This document shows positions 31,601-40,112 of a DNA stretch of 64,000 nt, piece after piece. The notes under the pieces were generated by a model. The model was not told the DNA's origin, did not search any database, and worked only from the letters and a program-made list of their open reading frames with translations. The position numbers were made by a program, and so were the translations under genes. Origin of the DNA: an uncultured Acidobacteriota bacterium. GTDB lineage: Bacteria; Acidobacteriota; Terriglobia; Terriglobales; Acidobacteriaceae. Positions within the stretch are counted from its first letter, which is position 1, and each line of letters begins with the position of its first letter. The stretch lies in NCBI GenBank assembly GCA_963732315.1, contig CAVSYY010000012.1:1399-65398 (forward strand), written 5' to 3'.

Positions 31601-31983
31601 AGCTCCACGGTGGCTTCTTTGGGCAGTCGCGCGGTGATGGCATTGAGATATTCGAGGGTTCGCGAGCGCGCCCAGTAAAGGTCGGTGCCCTCGTCGAAGA
31701 TGATGTAGATATAGGAGACTCCGAAATCGGAGAAGCCGCGGATGTCTTTCACCTTGGGCATTCCCAGCAAGGCCGAGGTGATGGGATAGGTGAGCTGGTC
31801 CTCGATGATGTCGGGACTGCGGTCCCACTTGGCGTAGACGATGACCTGGGTGTCGCTGAGGTCGGGGATCGCATCGATTTTGGTGTTGCGCATGGCGCGG
31901 TAGCCGAACATGGCAGCCACGGCGACCAGAATCAGTACCAGGCCCTTGTGACGCGCGCAGAATTCGATGATCGGCCCGGTCAT
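28669..31983 (-). CDS. Heavy-metal efflux RND permease (CusA/CzcA family, CusA-like)
   Basis: 1104 aa with 12-TM RND architecture. CusA-like segment GGRLVEFSGREYMVRGRGYLHSLDDIGNIVL. ATGA overlap with the adaptor gene. Confidence 0.9.
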   Translation of the reverse strand: MTGPIIEFCARHKGLVLILVAVAAMFGYRAMRNTKIDAIPDLSDTQVIVYAKWDRSPDIIEDQLTYPITSALLGMPKVKDIRGFSDFGVSYIYIIFDEGTDLYWARSRTLEYLNAITARLPKEATVELAKDATGVGWVYEYALVDDTGQYSLEQMRSYQDWYMRYALQSLPGVAEVAPVGGFVREYQVQIDPIRLQAYKIPVNAVADAISKSNNDVGGRLVEFSGREYMVRGRGYLHSLDDIGNIVLLNNAGSGTAVRVRDVATINYGPAERRGVTDLDGRGEAVGGVVIMRVGENAEKVIERVKEQIALLGPSLPKGLRVVPVYDRSELIDRAVDNLKHTLIEELIIVSLVILIFLWHFPSAVIPIVTIPITILIAFIPLQLSGMTANIMSLGGIAVAIGAMVDAAIVVVEQTHKKLEHWEAGGRKEDFRRVVIDAVKEVGGPSFFALLVIAVSFLPVFALEAQEGRLFKPLALTKTLAMVIAAILAITLDPAMRLMMTRVDDFTFRPAWLARLTSSVLVGKIRSEEEHPISKPLMKIYQPVVEFCLDHKWLPITVALLMMAFTIPIYNKLGSEFMPPLDEGTLLYMPSTTPGISVGQASALLHEQDRILSSFPQVQSVFGKAGRVESATDPAPLSMMETVVVLKPRDEWPVVDRWYSHRMPKWTHSLLARIWPDHQSTNDLIYGMGGLNEALTMPGVTNAWTMPIKGRIDMLTTGVRTPLGIKVLGSNLEEIERIGHEVEQALHGVGGTASVYAERTTGGYFLDFTIKRDALARYGLTIDDAQSVLMTAVGGQTATTTVEGRERYAVSVRYLRGYRSDLQSLERVLVQIPGANGQSGAQVPLGELATLSLRSGPGMIRDENGRLSGYVFVDVAGRDLGSYVADAQRAVDAKVNVPTGYQLVWSGQYESIQRVRQRLITVLPVTLFAVFLLLYANTGSVAKTSIILLAVPFSGIGAVWLLYWMGYNMSVAVWVGLIALLGVDAETAVFMLLYLDLSCAEAAARGQLFTWPQLREAVEHGAVKRLRPKVMTVACMLFGLLPILWSNGAGADVMKRIAVPMVGGIVTSFLMELVVYPPLFAIWKWNWELRPATRRADRLSAEICG

Positions 31984-33362
31984 TTGGCGCCTCCCATGTC
32001 CATTCCGGGCATGCTTGTCCCGCTCGTTTTTGCCCCGCCCGTGCTGGTCCCGCCCGGATTCGTCCCGCTCATGCCCATGGGAGCATTCAATTGAGTCTCG
32101 GAGTCGAGCAGGAAGTTGCCGCTCTCCACGATGCTGTCGCCCTTCTTGAGCCCGGCGGTGATGATGGTCTGGCCATCGACGGTGGCGCCGATGGTGACCT
32201 GGCGCGGCTCAAAGGTCGCTGGGTCGCGCGCCACAAACACCGTCTGCATCGTGCCGCTGTCGAGCACCGCTTCTGCGGGCACGGCGAGATGCCGCCCGTA
32301 GGCGATGTGCAGTTCCACGTCGGCCAGCATGTTGGGCTTCAGCACCAGGCCGGGATTGGCCACGTCGATGCGGATCTTCGCCGTGTGGGTCTGCGGATCC
32401 AGCTCCGGGTAGCTATACCCAACCCGTCCGGTGATGATCTTGCCCGGCGCGTAGGGGAAGTGAATCACCGCCTGTTCGCCCACCTTCACGTACGGCAGAT
32501 CGGCCTCGAAGACATCGGCCGTGACCCAGACATGGGAGAGATCCGCGATGGTGTACAGGTCGGTATCGCCGGTGGCTGCGGCGTTGGGATAGACCTTGCG
32601 GTCGGTGACGAAGCCGCTCACCGGAGAGTAGATGGTGATGGTCTTGCTCACCTCCCCGGTGCGGTCCAGCGCGGCAATCTGCGCGTCGGTGAGGTCCCAC
32701 AGCTTGAGCCGCTCGCGCGCCGAGTCCAGCAGAGACTGCGAGCTCTTGGCCACTTCGTCGTAGGGCGACTTGCCCAGTTGCTGCTGTCCGCGGCGCGCAA
32801 TCAGGTACTCCTGCTGGGTCGCCACCAGGTCAGGGCTGTAGAAGGTGAACAGCGGCTGCCCCTTGTGAACCAGCTGGCCCACAAAGTTGGCATAGACGTC
32901 TTCGACCCATCCCGAGGTCTTGACGTGTACGTGCGCGATGTTGCGCTCGTCGGCCGTTACCACGCCGGAGGTTCGCAGGGTGCGGCTCATGTCCTGCTCA
33001 TCCACCGTAGTCAGGCGCACGCCGAGCGCACGCTGCTGGCTCTGCGGAAGGTGTATCAGTCCGGCGTCGGTCGTGGCCTGCTCGGCCGGAGTCTTCGACT
33101 CGTACATCGGCACCAAGGCCATCCCGCAATCGGGCGCAATGCCGGGCTTGTCCGAGTGATAGGCCGGATGCATCGGGTCATACCAGAAGAGAATGCGCTT
33201 CTGCGGCTCCGAGGCCACGGGCGATCCCGCCGTCGGCGCGGCGCTCTGAGGGGAGGAAGAAAGATGCCATGCGACTTGCTTGCCCACCAGCAGGAAGGCG
33301 ATCAGCGCCGCGGCGGCCAGCACTGCAAGGATGCGGAGTGCGATGCGGATACGTGGGGTCAT
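31980..33362 (-). CDS. RND periplasmic adaptor (CusB/CzcB family) with an N-terminal metal-binding motif
   Basis: WYDPMHPAYHSDKPGIAPDCGMALVP motif plus barrel-sandwich/beta-barrel adaptor body. TAATG overlap with the upstream OMF gene. Confidence 0.85.
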   Translation of the reverse strand: MTPRIRIALRILAVLAAAALIAFLLVGKQVAWHLSSSPQSAAPTAGSPVASEPQKRILFWYDPMHPAYHSDKPGIAPDCGMALVPMYESKTPAEQATTDAGLIHLPQSQQRALGVRLTTVDEQDMSRTLRTSGVVTADERNIAHVHVKTSGWVEDVYANFVGQLVHKGQPLFTFYSPDLVATQQEYLIARRGQQQLGKSPYDEVAKSSQSLLDSARERLKLWDLTDAQIAALDRTGEVSKTITIYSPVSGFVTDRKVYPNAAATGDTDLYTIADLSHVWVTADVFEADLPYVKVGEQAVIHFPYAPGKIITGRVGYSYPELDPQTHTAKIRIDVANPGLVLKPNMLADVELHIAYGRHLAVPAEAVLDSGTMQTVFVARDPATFEPRQVTIGATVDGQTIITAGLKKGDSIVESGNFLLDSETQLNAPMGMSGTNPGGTSTGGAKTSGTSMPGMDMGGAK

Positions 33363-34702
33363 TACTGTGCCTCCGGAGCGGCTGGTGCGGTACTGGGCTC
33401 GGCGTTGGTCGAGGCGCTGGGCACTGGGCTGCGCGTTGTGTCGAGCGTATTCAGGTCGCCGGTCAGCCCCTCGATGCGGGCCACAGCGATCTCATAGTCG
33501 GCGCGCTGCCGGCGATCGTCGAGTTCGTAAGAATAGATGGCCGTATAGTTGGTGATCACCGTGAGGAAGTCCACGTTGCCCACCGAGTAGGAGGACTGCG
33601 CGGATTCGCGCGCCAGCTCGGCCTGGGGCAGAATCGCCTTGTCGTACAGATCGCTCATCTGCCGGGCGGTCTGCGCCGCCGCGTAGGCCTGGCGCAGCTC
33701 GTAGCTGGCTTCCAGCCGCCGGGCCTGCTCGCCCTGCTGCGCGGCGCGAACCCGCAGCTCGCCCTCGGCTACCTCCTGGCGAAGCCGGTCGCGATGCAGC
33801 GGCAGGTTCACCGTGAACTGCGCCCCCTGCATGGTGGGATTCCCCGTCCGCTGCTGCACCATGTAGCCCACGGTGAGATCGGGCGTGCTGTCTTTGCGGC
33901 TCAGCGCCAGGGAGGCGCTCTCGCGCTTCTCCATGCTGGTCTCGCGCGCCAGCATGGGATCGTTGGCCTCGACCAGCGGTGCCAGGGTCTCCAGCGCCGG
34001 CAGGGGAGTCAGACCGTCTTCCGCCGCCGCAGCCGCCAGAGGCGAATCCGCGGGCCTTCCCATCAGCGTGTTGAGCCGCGCCGCCGAGGTCAGCCGCTGC
34101 TGCTCCAGCGCCGCGCTCCGCTGCAGCAGCATGGAGATCTGCAGCCGCGCCTGCAGCACATCCTGCTGCATAGCCTTGCCCACGCGGTAGCGCGCCTCGG
34201 CGATTTCAGCCAACTGTTCCAGGCTCTGGCGATTGCGCGCGGTGATCTCGAGCGCCAGTCCGTAGTAGCGATAATCGAAGAACGCGGCTTTGGCCGCGGT
34301 CACCAGGTCGCGCTCGGCCGCCGTGCGCGAAACCTCCTCCACCGCCACGTCCTTGCGCGCCACATCGCGCTGCAACCGAAGCTTGTGTCCCAGCGGCACC
34401 ATCTGCATAAAGCTGAAGCCCCGATAGCTCGACGGATCGTTGTCCTGCACCTGGAAGGGAACAGCGTTGCCCATCCAGGAGAGGGTGAACGAAGGGTCGG
34501 GCAGAACGCCCGCCTGCCCCACATGGGCGCGCTGCGCGTCGATCAGGGTTGCGGCGCGGCCCAGCGAGGGGTTCGCCGAGAGCACCTCGCGCACTACGTC
34601 ATCAAGACGAAGCTCAGCGGCTGCCGCTGTGGCCGCGGTAGAAGCCTGCTGCGCCCAGGCCATCGGCGCCAGCAGAAGCAAGCAAAACAATTTCTTGAAC
34701 AT
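33362..34702 (-). CDS. TolC-family outer membrane factor (CusC/CzcC-like)
   Basis: Signal peptide MFKKLFCLLLLAPMAWAQ. Two-repeat OMF architecture. First large gene of the efflux operon. Confidence 0.85.
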   Translation of the reverse strand: MFKKLFCLLLLAPMAWAQQASTAATAAAAELRLDDVVREVLSANPSLGRAATLIDAQRAHVGQAGVLPDPSFTLSWMGNAVPFQVQDNDPSSYRGFSFMQMVPLGHKLRLQRDVARKDVAVEEVSRTAAERDLVTAAKAAFFDYRYYGLALEITARNRQSLEQLAEIAEARYRVGKAMQQDVLQARLQISMLLQRSAALEQQRLTSAARLNTLMGRPADSPLAAAAAEDGLTPLPALETLAPLVEANDPMLARETSMEKRESASLALSRKDSTPDLTVGYMVQQRTGNPTMQGAQFTVNLPLHRDRLRQEVAEGELRVRAAQQGEQARRLEASYELRQAYAAAQTARQMSDLYDKAILPQAELARESAQSSYSVGNVDFLTVITNYTAIYSYELDDRRQRADYEIAVARIEGLTGDLNTLDTTRSPVPSASTNAEPSTAPAAPEAQ

Positions 34703-34789
34703 GGATCATCTCTCTCTACACAAACCAATGCCAATATAGGCGCGCGGTAGCCAAGAGGCTAGGCGCAGGTCAGCAGCAGCCCTGAGATA

Positions 34790-35197
34790 TCAGATAAGAA
34801 GAGTGCAGAGCAGAGACAACGGAGACGCAAGCGGTGGGGAAGAGACGAGGCTCTCGGCACGAACCACCGGCAGCACAGGCAGCGTGGCAACCGGGAAAGC
34901 CGAAGGCAATAACGCAACCTGCAGCGGCGCAACAATCACCGCCGAGGACTCGCCCAGAGCTGGCAGTGAAGCCCTGCGCTGGCAGCACGGAGCCACAGGA
35001 AGCTGCGAAGCCGGTCCTTGTTGGCGAGCCGAACTCGCACCCGAAGGATGACCCATCCTGGTGCAATGCGAGCAATGAGACATGGTGACAGCAGACGACA
35101 TGTTGCAAAGCGCAAGCCCCAGTGCCGGCGCCAGAAGCACCGCAAGGAGCAGCCCGGAGACGATGAGCCTGCGCAATTGCATGATTTGTTTATACAC
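34790..35197 (-). CDS. Small secreted Cys/His-rich protein leading the metal-efflux operon (hypothetical)
   Basis: GTG at 35197 or ATG at 35182 (MQLRRLIVSGLLLAVLLAPALGLALC signal-like). CNMSSAVTMSHCSHCTRMGH plus a CC pair. Lies 87 nt upstream of the OMF gene on the same strand. Competing overlapping ORFs exist in other frames. Confidence 0.4.
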   Translation of the reverse strand: MYKQIMQLRRLIVSGLLLAVLLAPALGLALCNMSSAVTMSHCSHCTRMGHPSGASSARQQGPASQLPVAPCCQRRASLPALGESSAVIVAPLQVALLPSAFPVATLPVLPVVRAESLVSSPPLASPLSLLCTLLI

Positions 35198-35361
35198 CAG
35201 TTGTACACAGAGAGGCGAATTCCAGTCGCGAGCAGGTGTGTGCTTATGAGTGCCTATAGCGGCTTACAACGTGCCGACGGGAAGCCGACCATTCAATGTG
35301 GTGTCAGAGGATTACAGACGTACCCGTGAATCAGGTTAGGACTCATTCGCGCGCGGGGCGT

Positions 35362-36603
35362 CTATCGGGGAGTTTCTGTTTTAGATTCCGGCTGGTCCAC
35401 GACTTGAAAGACTTGGACGCGACGATTGCCTGAGTCTAGTACGTAGGCCCGGTTTTTTTGGTCTGTACAGATCCCCTGGGGCCAGTGGAACTCTCCGGGT
35501 TGGTCACCGTTATGGCCGAGCCGGAACAGCAACTTTCCATCTTGATCGAACCCTTCAACCCAGCCGAGGGCCACGGTGAGAAGGCGCCCTTGAGCATCGA
35601 ACGCCATTCCCTGCACCTCACTCGTTGCGCTCCCCTCTAATGCGAATTGCCGTTGAAAACGCCCTCCAGAATCCAAAACCTGAATCCGGGCATTCTGCTT
35701 ATCGAGAACAAACACATCATTCTTGTAGATTGCAACTGCAGTCGGCTCCCTGAATTCGGCAGGACCATCTCCGCCGCCGCGTTTGCCCACTTGAGCAAGA
35801 ATTTTCCCGCTGAGGTCGAGGATGATGACAAATCCACGCGATGTATCGACCAGAAAAATGCGCCCGGTTGCGCGGTCAATAGCAATGGATTCGGGGCGCT
35901 GAAATAAGCCTTCGCTCTTAAAGTTTCCTATGTACCTTATGAATTTGCCTTGAGGGCTGTAAACGGCAATCCTGCCGCGCTCAAGGTCCGTGACATAAAT
36001 TTTGTCATCGGCGTCCGTGGCGATGGCGTAAGGAAAAGACATCCGGTCGCCTTTGGTGACATCAATTCGCAAAAACTTTTTGTTCGCAAAATCGAGAATA
36101 TGAACGGTCCGCTTGCCCGGCTCGGAGAGCAAAATACGCTGGTGGGAATCAACCGCAACCTTTGCGGCCTGGATCGGCTCCATTACGTCCTTGGGTAAGC
36201 GATTAGCCCTCCCTGCAATAATGTCGAGAACCTGATCGCATACCGCCGAGGATTCCGGAGCCACATCGTGCGCCGCCGCGGAAGGTTTCACAATGTCGCG
36301 AAAGCGCTGGCAAGGGGTACGGTCTCCCAGCACGTCGCCGTCGGCGCGGAACATGCCCACATATCGCATGGGAATGGCCTCGTTCATTCCGGCACTGCCA
36401 GTCTGGCCGAATGCCAGGAGCGATAGGATCAGGGGGAGAGCTAAGACACTACGGTAGCGGTGCCGCGTCAAATCGAGTTGAAGATCAGAATGGTGAGACA
36501 ACGCCAAAATATCCTGAGACTTAAAAGCACATTCCTGCGACCAGTTGGTTTTTGCGCCAAGCGGGTTGAGCGACCCCAGAGCGCTCAAGACCAGCCACGA
36601 CAC
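35362..36603 (-). CDS. NHL-repeat beta-propeller protein, secreted
   Basis: At least five NHL-like repeats (e.g. FPYAIATDADDKIYVTDLERGRIAVY, FQRPESIAIDRATGRIFLVD, FREPTAVAIYKNDVFVLD, FHWPQGICTDQKNRAYVLD). GTG at 36603. A TTG at 36471 would give a cleaner signal peptide (TRHRYRSVLALPLILSLLAFG). Confidence 0.8.
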   Translation of the reverse strand: MSWLVLSALGSLNPLGAKTNWSQECAFKSQDILALSHHSDLQLDLTRHRYRSVLALPLILSLLAFGQTGSAGMNEAIPMRYVGMFRADGDVLGDRTPCQRFRDIVKPSAAAHDVAPESSAVCDQVLDIIAGRANRLPKDVMEPIQAAKVAVDSHQRILLSEPGKRTVHILDFANKKFLRIDVTKGDRMSFPYAIATDADDKIYVTDLERGRIAVYSPQGKFIRYIGNFKSEGLFQRPESIAIDRATGRIFLVDTSRGFVIILDLSGKILAQVGKRGGGDGPAEFREPTAVAIYKNDVFVLDKQNARIQVLDSGGRFQRQFALEGSATSEVQGMAFDAQGRLLTVALGWVEGFDQDGKLLFRLGHNGDQPGEFHWPQGICTDQKNRAYVLDSGNRRVQVFQVVDQPESKTETPR

Positions 36604-36917
36604 TGGCTACTATAGCCACTATTTCAGACAAGCTCGCTGCTTTTTTGAGTTACCAACATAGTTGCGGGGAAACGGATCTTCGCAAGCCCTTGGACCAGCC
36701 AATGGTTAAGCGCCAATAGTCTTGAAATCCGCTTCGCGAAGAGGCAGTGCCAGACTTCCTCCATTATCCGCAGAGTTCTACGTTCCTTACCGCAGCTTGA
36801 AGACTTTGGTAACCACAGCGAGCGAGACTTCCGAGGAGTTCCCTTGATTCGTTTTGCTCTGGTTTGTAGGGTTGCAGGTACAGGTTCATCCGCCTATTCA
36901 GCAGGCTAAAACTGCCT

Positions 36918-37748
36918 ATGAGAAGTTCGCCAGAGACGCCGACAACGACGACCAGAACCAGACCGGGACTGCCCGTGGTAAGCAGGAACGAGCGGGAGAT
37001 TCGGAGAATACGCATTCTGCTGGTTCTCCTGGTTTTGATTGAATTGATCTCCGTGGCAGTGCCGAAAAATTCCAGCCTGTGGCGGGTCGAGATCAACGCC
37101 GTCCCGCAACTGCTGATCGGGTTCGTGTTTCTGGTGCTGATTTTCGCTCTGCACCTGGCCTCACAGCACAAATTGCTGGACGAGGTCTCGACGGCGCTGG
37201 TTGCCGCCAACTCGTATGTCAAACGGCTGGAGCAGCTCTCCCTGATTGATCCGCCGACGCAGCTTTTTAACCGGCGCTATCTCGACCAATTGCTTAATCA
37301 GCAATTAAAGTGGCTCTACCGCAGCGGCAAGTCGGCCACATTGTTAATGCTTGAGCTGCTGCCAGTGGGACGGGGAATCGCGGCAGAGGAGATTGTCATC
37401 GAGACGGCGTTTGTTCTGCGCACGAATTTCCGCGGCTCCGACTACGTGGTGCGCTATTCCAACGATCAGTTCCTGGTGGTTCTGCCGGACACGGTCGAGC
37501 AGCAGGCGCAGATTGCCCTGAGCCGGCTGATCGACAAGGTAGACCACTGGAACTTCGCCAACCAGAAATGCGAGATGGCGTTGCGGCTGGAGCTGTGCAC
37601 GTGCCCTCCGGGCGGGAACCTTTGGGAGAAGCTGGGCGAGTTGGAGGAGAGGATGCGGAGCGAATCCGGAGGCCGGACGCTGATTCCACAAAAGCCGGCT
37701 GCAGGCGACGAGAACGATCCTTGCCCTCAGGAACATGTTGTCGAGTAG
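36918..37748 (+). CDS. Membrane-anchored degenerate GGDEF-domain protein (probably catalytically inactive)
   Basis: N-terminal TM helices, then a GGDEF fold entry (DPPTQLFNRRYL). The signature reads RYSNDQF instead of GG(D/E)EF, and the DxD/GHxxGD region is absent. Confidence 0.65.
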   Translation: MRSSPETPTTTTRTRPGLPVVSRNEREIRRIRILLVLLVLIELISVAVPKNSSLWRVEINAVPQLLIGFVFLVLIFALHLASQHKLLDEVSTALVAANSYVKRLEQLSLIDPPTQLFNRRYLDQLLNQQLKWLYRSGKSATLLMLELLPVGRGIAAEEIVIETAFVLRTNFRGSDYVVRYSNDQFLVVLPDTVEQQAQIALSRLIDKVDHWNFANQKCEMALRLELCTCPPGGNLWEKLGELEERMRSESGGRTLIPQKPAAGDENDPCPQEHVVE

Positions 37749-37889
37749 TCGGTCCTGGTGGGAGACGCACACGAATACCTCTGCGGACGCGTGAGCGGCA
37801 GGCTTCGCATAAGCAGACTTTCCCTCCGGGACATTCGGGGTATCCCTACGACCGCTTCAACCGCCGGAGAGCTCTTTCCCGATCATCTT

Positions 37890-38057
37890 TCAGGCGCTCT
37901 TTTTGGAAGTGACGGCATAGAAGCGAGTGAACTCCTGGGCCACGTTTTTGCCGCCGCACTTCGGGCAGGTAACCGGCTCCCGGTCATGCGCCGCCAAGGT
38001 AAGAGTCTTGTCAAAAGTGCTGTGGCAATCCTTGCATGAGTACTCATAGACAGGCAT
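37890..38057 (-). CDS. FmdB-family zinc-ribbon protein
   Basis: MPVYEYSCKDCHSTFD...CPKCGG (CxxC...CxxC). The ATG at 38057 lies inside a longer ORF. Confidence 0.75.
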   Translation of the reverse strand: MPVYEYSCKDCHSTFDKTLTLAAHDREPVTCPKCGGKNVAQEFTRFYAVTSKKSA

Positions 38058-38200
38058 CGCTATACCGCCTCCTGGATAGGTAACGGGTGGGATTCTATCG
38101 CAGTTCCAGAGCTGGCCGTAGGGTCTCCGCCATAAATTCCGCAAAAATCGAACGAAGCGGCAGCATCCAAGGTAGGAGCGTGCCGGAGGCTGCTAGAAAC

Positions 38201-38893
38201 ATGGGCAGAAAGATAGTGTTGGCGGCGGCCGCCGCAGTGAGCGCCGCAGGAGTGGCCAGCTGCTGGCCGCAGGCGGTGGTGTGCCTGCTGCGGATGGCGT
38301 TTCCCGGTTTGATCTGGGAGTTGTCCACCACGGAGCGGGCGGTTGCGATCAGCTTCGATGACGGCCCGGACCCGGTCTACACGCCGCAGGTGCTGGAAAT
38401 TCTGCGCGAGCACGGGGTGAAGGCCACATTTTTTCTGGTGGGAGAGCGGGTGCGCCGCTCTCCGGAACTACGGCAGAGGATCGGCGAGGAAGGCCACGAG
38501 GTTGGCAACCACAGCGACTCGTGGCGGCGAAGCGTGCAGTTGAGCGCCACGGAATTCGAGCGCGACCTGCTGCGCGCCGAGCAATCGCTTGGCCTGGGGA
38601 GCGGGCGCAAGCTCTTCCGTCCGGCGGGTGGGTGGATCCGTGGCAGCCAGCTAGGGGTGCTGCGCAAGCACGGCTACCGCGCCGTCCTCGGTTCCGCGTT
38701 CGCGTTTGATCCGTATCGGCCTCCGAGAAAGTACATCGAGTGGGCGATCGGCCGGGGGCTCAAGCGGGGCGCCATCATTGTGATGCATGACTCAGGAGGA
38801 GACAGGTCGAAGACGGTGGGAGCGCTGCCTGCAATTCTTCAGCGCGCTCACGCCGAAGGATACCGGTTTGTGAAGCTCTCCGAGTACCTTTGA
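38201..38893 (+). CDS. Polysaccharide deacetylase (NodB homology domain)
   Basis: ISFDDGPDPVYTPQVLEILREHGVKATFFLVGE, then HEVGNHS, then RPAGG. ATG at 38201 gives an N-terminal anchor MGRKIVLAAAAAVSAAGVASCW. Confidence 0.85.
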   Translation: MGRKIVLAAAAAVSAAGVASCWPQAVVCLLRMAFPGLIWELSTTERAVAISFDDGPDPVYTPQVLEILREHGVKATFFLVGERVRRSPELRQRIGEEGHEVGNHSDSWRRSVQLSATEFERDLLRAEQSLGLGSGRKLFRPAGGWIRGSQLGVLRKHGYRAVLGSAFAFDPYRPPRKYIEWAIGRGLKRGAIIVMHDSGGDRSKTVGALPAILQRAHAEGYRFVKLSEYL

Positions 38894-38977
38894 GCCAGCA
38901 GGCCGGCAGATGACTCCACCGCTGTTTCTTGCTACTCTTGCGAACGGGTTATCGCCGACGGAGGCGAGCCAGGTGCG

Positions 38978-39442
38978 ATGAAGTTCAGAGCAAAAACCCC
39001 TCTTTGGCAGCAGATTTCGTCCACGGGCTCGATTGTGTTTGTCGCTGCCGCCGCCGGAGTGGCAGTACTCGGCGCCGCAATTCTGTTGCAGTGGATCATC
39101 TACAACGACTGGCTGCACCAGGCGGGGCTGCGGCTGGTGGGAAGCGTGGTGGCGGGCATTCTGACATCTCTGTTCGCCTATCGCTGGCAATGGGCGGTGC
39201 GCGAACAAAAGCTCGAGATGCTGCGGCGCTTTGAAACCATTTTGCGGATGAACGACCGGATTCGCAATGCACTGCAAATCATCGAGTGCGCCACGTATGC
39301 CAATAACCCGGAGGCCATCGAGCCGGTCAGGGATGCGGTGGATGCAATCGAAGGGGTTCTGCACGAAGTTCTTACCGAGACGCACCCTGCTCTAGCGAAA
39401 GTACCCGACGACAAGCCCATAGCGCCAATGCCGGAGCTTTAA
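38978..39442 (+). CDS. Hypothetical two-TM membrane protein with a helical cytoplasmic tail
   Basis: 154 aa with two clear hydrophobic helices. No recognisable motif. Its stop overlaps the 3' end of the convergent PAS pseudogene by 4 nt. Confidence 0.5.
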   Translation: MKFRAKTPLWQQISSTGSIVFVAAAAGVAVLGAAILLQWIIYNDWLHQAGLRLVGSVVAGILTSLFAYRWQWAVREQKLEMLRRFETILRMNDRIRNALQIIECATYANNPEAIEPVRDAVDAIEGVLHEVLTETHPALAKVPDDKPIAPMPEL

Positions 39443-40022
39443 CTGCGGTATTCGGGGTAATATTTTTCTACGCACGCAGGGCAGATTCCGTGGGAAAAAT
39501 CGACCCCGATATGATCGTGGAAATATTATTCGACGGTCTGCCAGTATTCGTCGTCGTTGCGAATCTTTCTGCACTGCATGCACATGGGAATGATGTCCTT
39601 CAGCTTGGACATCTCGGTGATGTCCTCGATGATGACCAGGGCCAGGGTGTCGCCGCCGCTGGTCATGGGACTTGCCGTGACTAACCGTTCCATGGCGTTC
39701 TGGGCGGTGACGGGCAAAAACTCCATTTTCATGCGGGCGCGGCTGACCGATTTTCCGTCGAGACAGGCGGTTACCGCATTGCGGATGACGCAGTGCGGGC
39801 AGGCCGGTCCGCGGCCGCATACCGTCTTAAACGTCGGCAGAGTGCAGGCAGTGCAGCACCTCTCCGCCGCGCCGCTTGAGAACGGTATCCTTCTCCTGCC
39901 CGGACATGGCGGAAGCGACGCGGTTGAGGTCCGCAATCCGTACGTCGTCGTCCACGACGAACACCGCTGAGGGGATAGCGTTCAGGGCGATGGACCAAAT
40001 GCGCAGGTTACCGGAGGAGCAT
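39439..40022 (-). pseudogene. PAS-domain signalling protein with a Cys-rich C-terminal module, disrupted by two +1 frameshifts and one in-frame TAA
   Basis: Minus strand: the ATG at 40022 (MLLR) hits TAA. The +1 frame continues LRIWSIALNAIPSAVFVVDDDVRIADLNRVASAMSGQEKDTVLKRRGGEVLHCLHSADV and then hits TAA. The next +1 frame continues KTVCGRGPACPHCVIRNAV...LALVIIEDITEMSKLKDIIPMCMQCRKIRNDDEYWQTVE. An in-frame TAA follows (39526-39528). Then 28 more open codons YFHDHIGVDFSHGICPACVEKYYPEYRS run to TAA at 39439-39441. Confidence 0.6.
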
Positions 40023-40112
40023 TTCGCCGATTACTTAGATCAGCTCCGGATGCTCCGGCGAATGGATGATAATGATAGGCTGGGAAGTTATTGCTAAAGA
40101 AAGAGGATATCC

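Noticed and set aside
28421-36603. Possible genomic island: the metal-efflux operon and NHL gene inserted next to tRNA-Pro.
   Set aside because: There is no integrase, no direct repeat of the tRNA 3' end, no obvious GC shift and no mobility genes. Adjacency to a tRNA alone is insufficient.
39826-39832. Programmed +1 ribosomal frameshifting. GUU UAA G in the PAS gene superficially resembles the prfB CUU UGA C site.
   Set aside because: The other seven frameshift junctions have no slippery codon, stop codon or SD-like stimulator. The same gene also has a plain in-frame nonsense codon. Damage or error is far more parsimonious.
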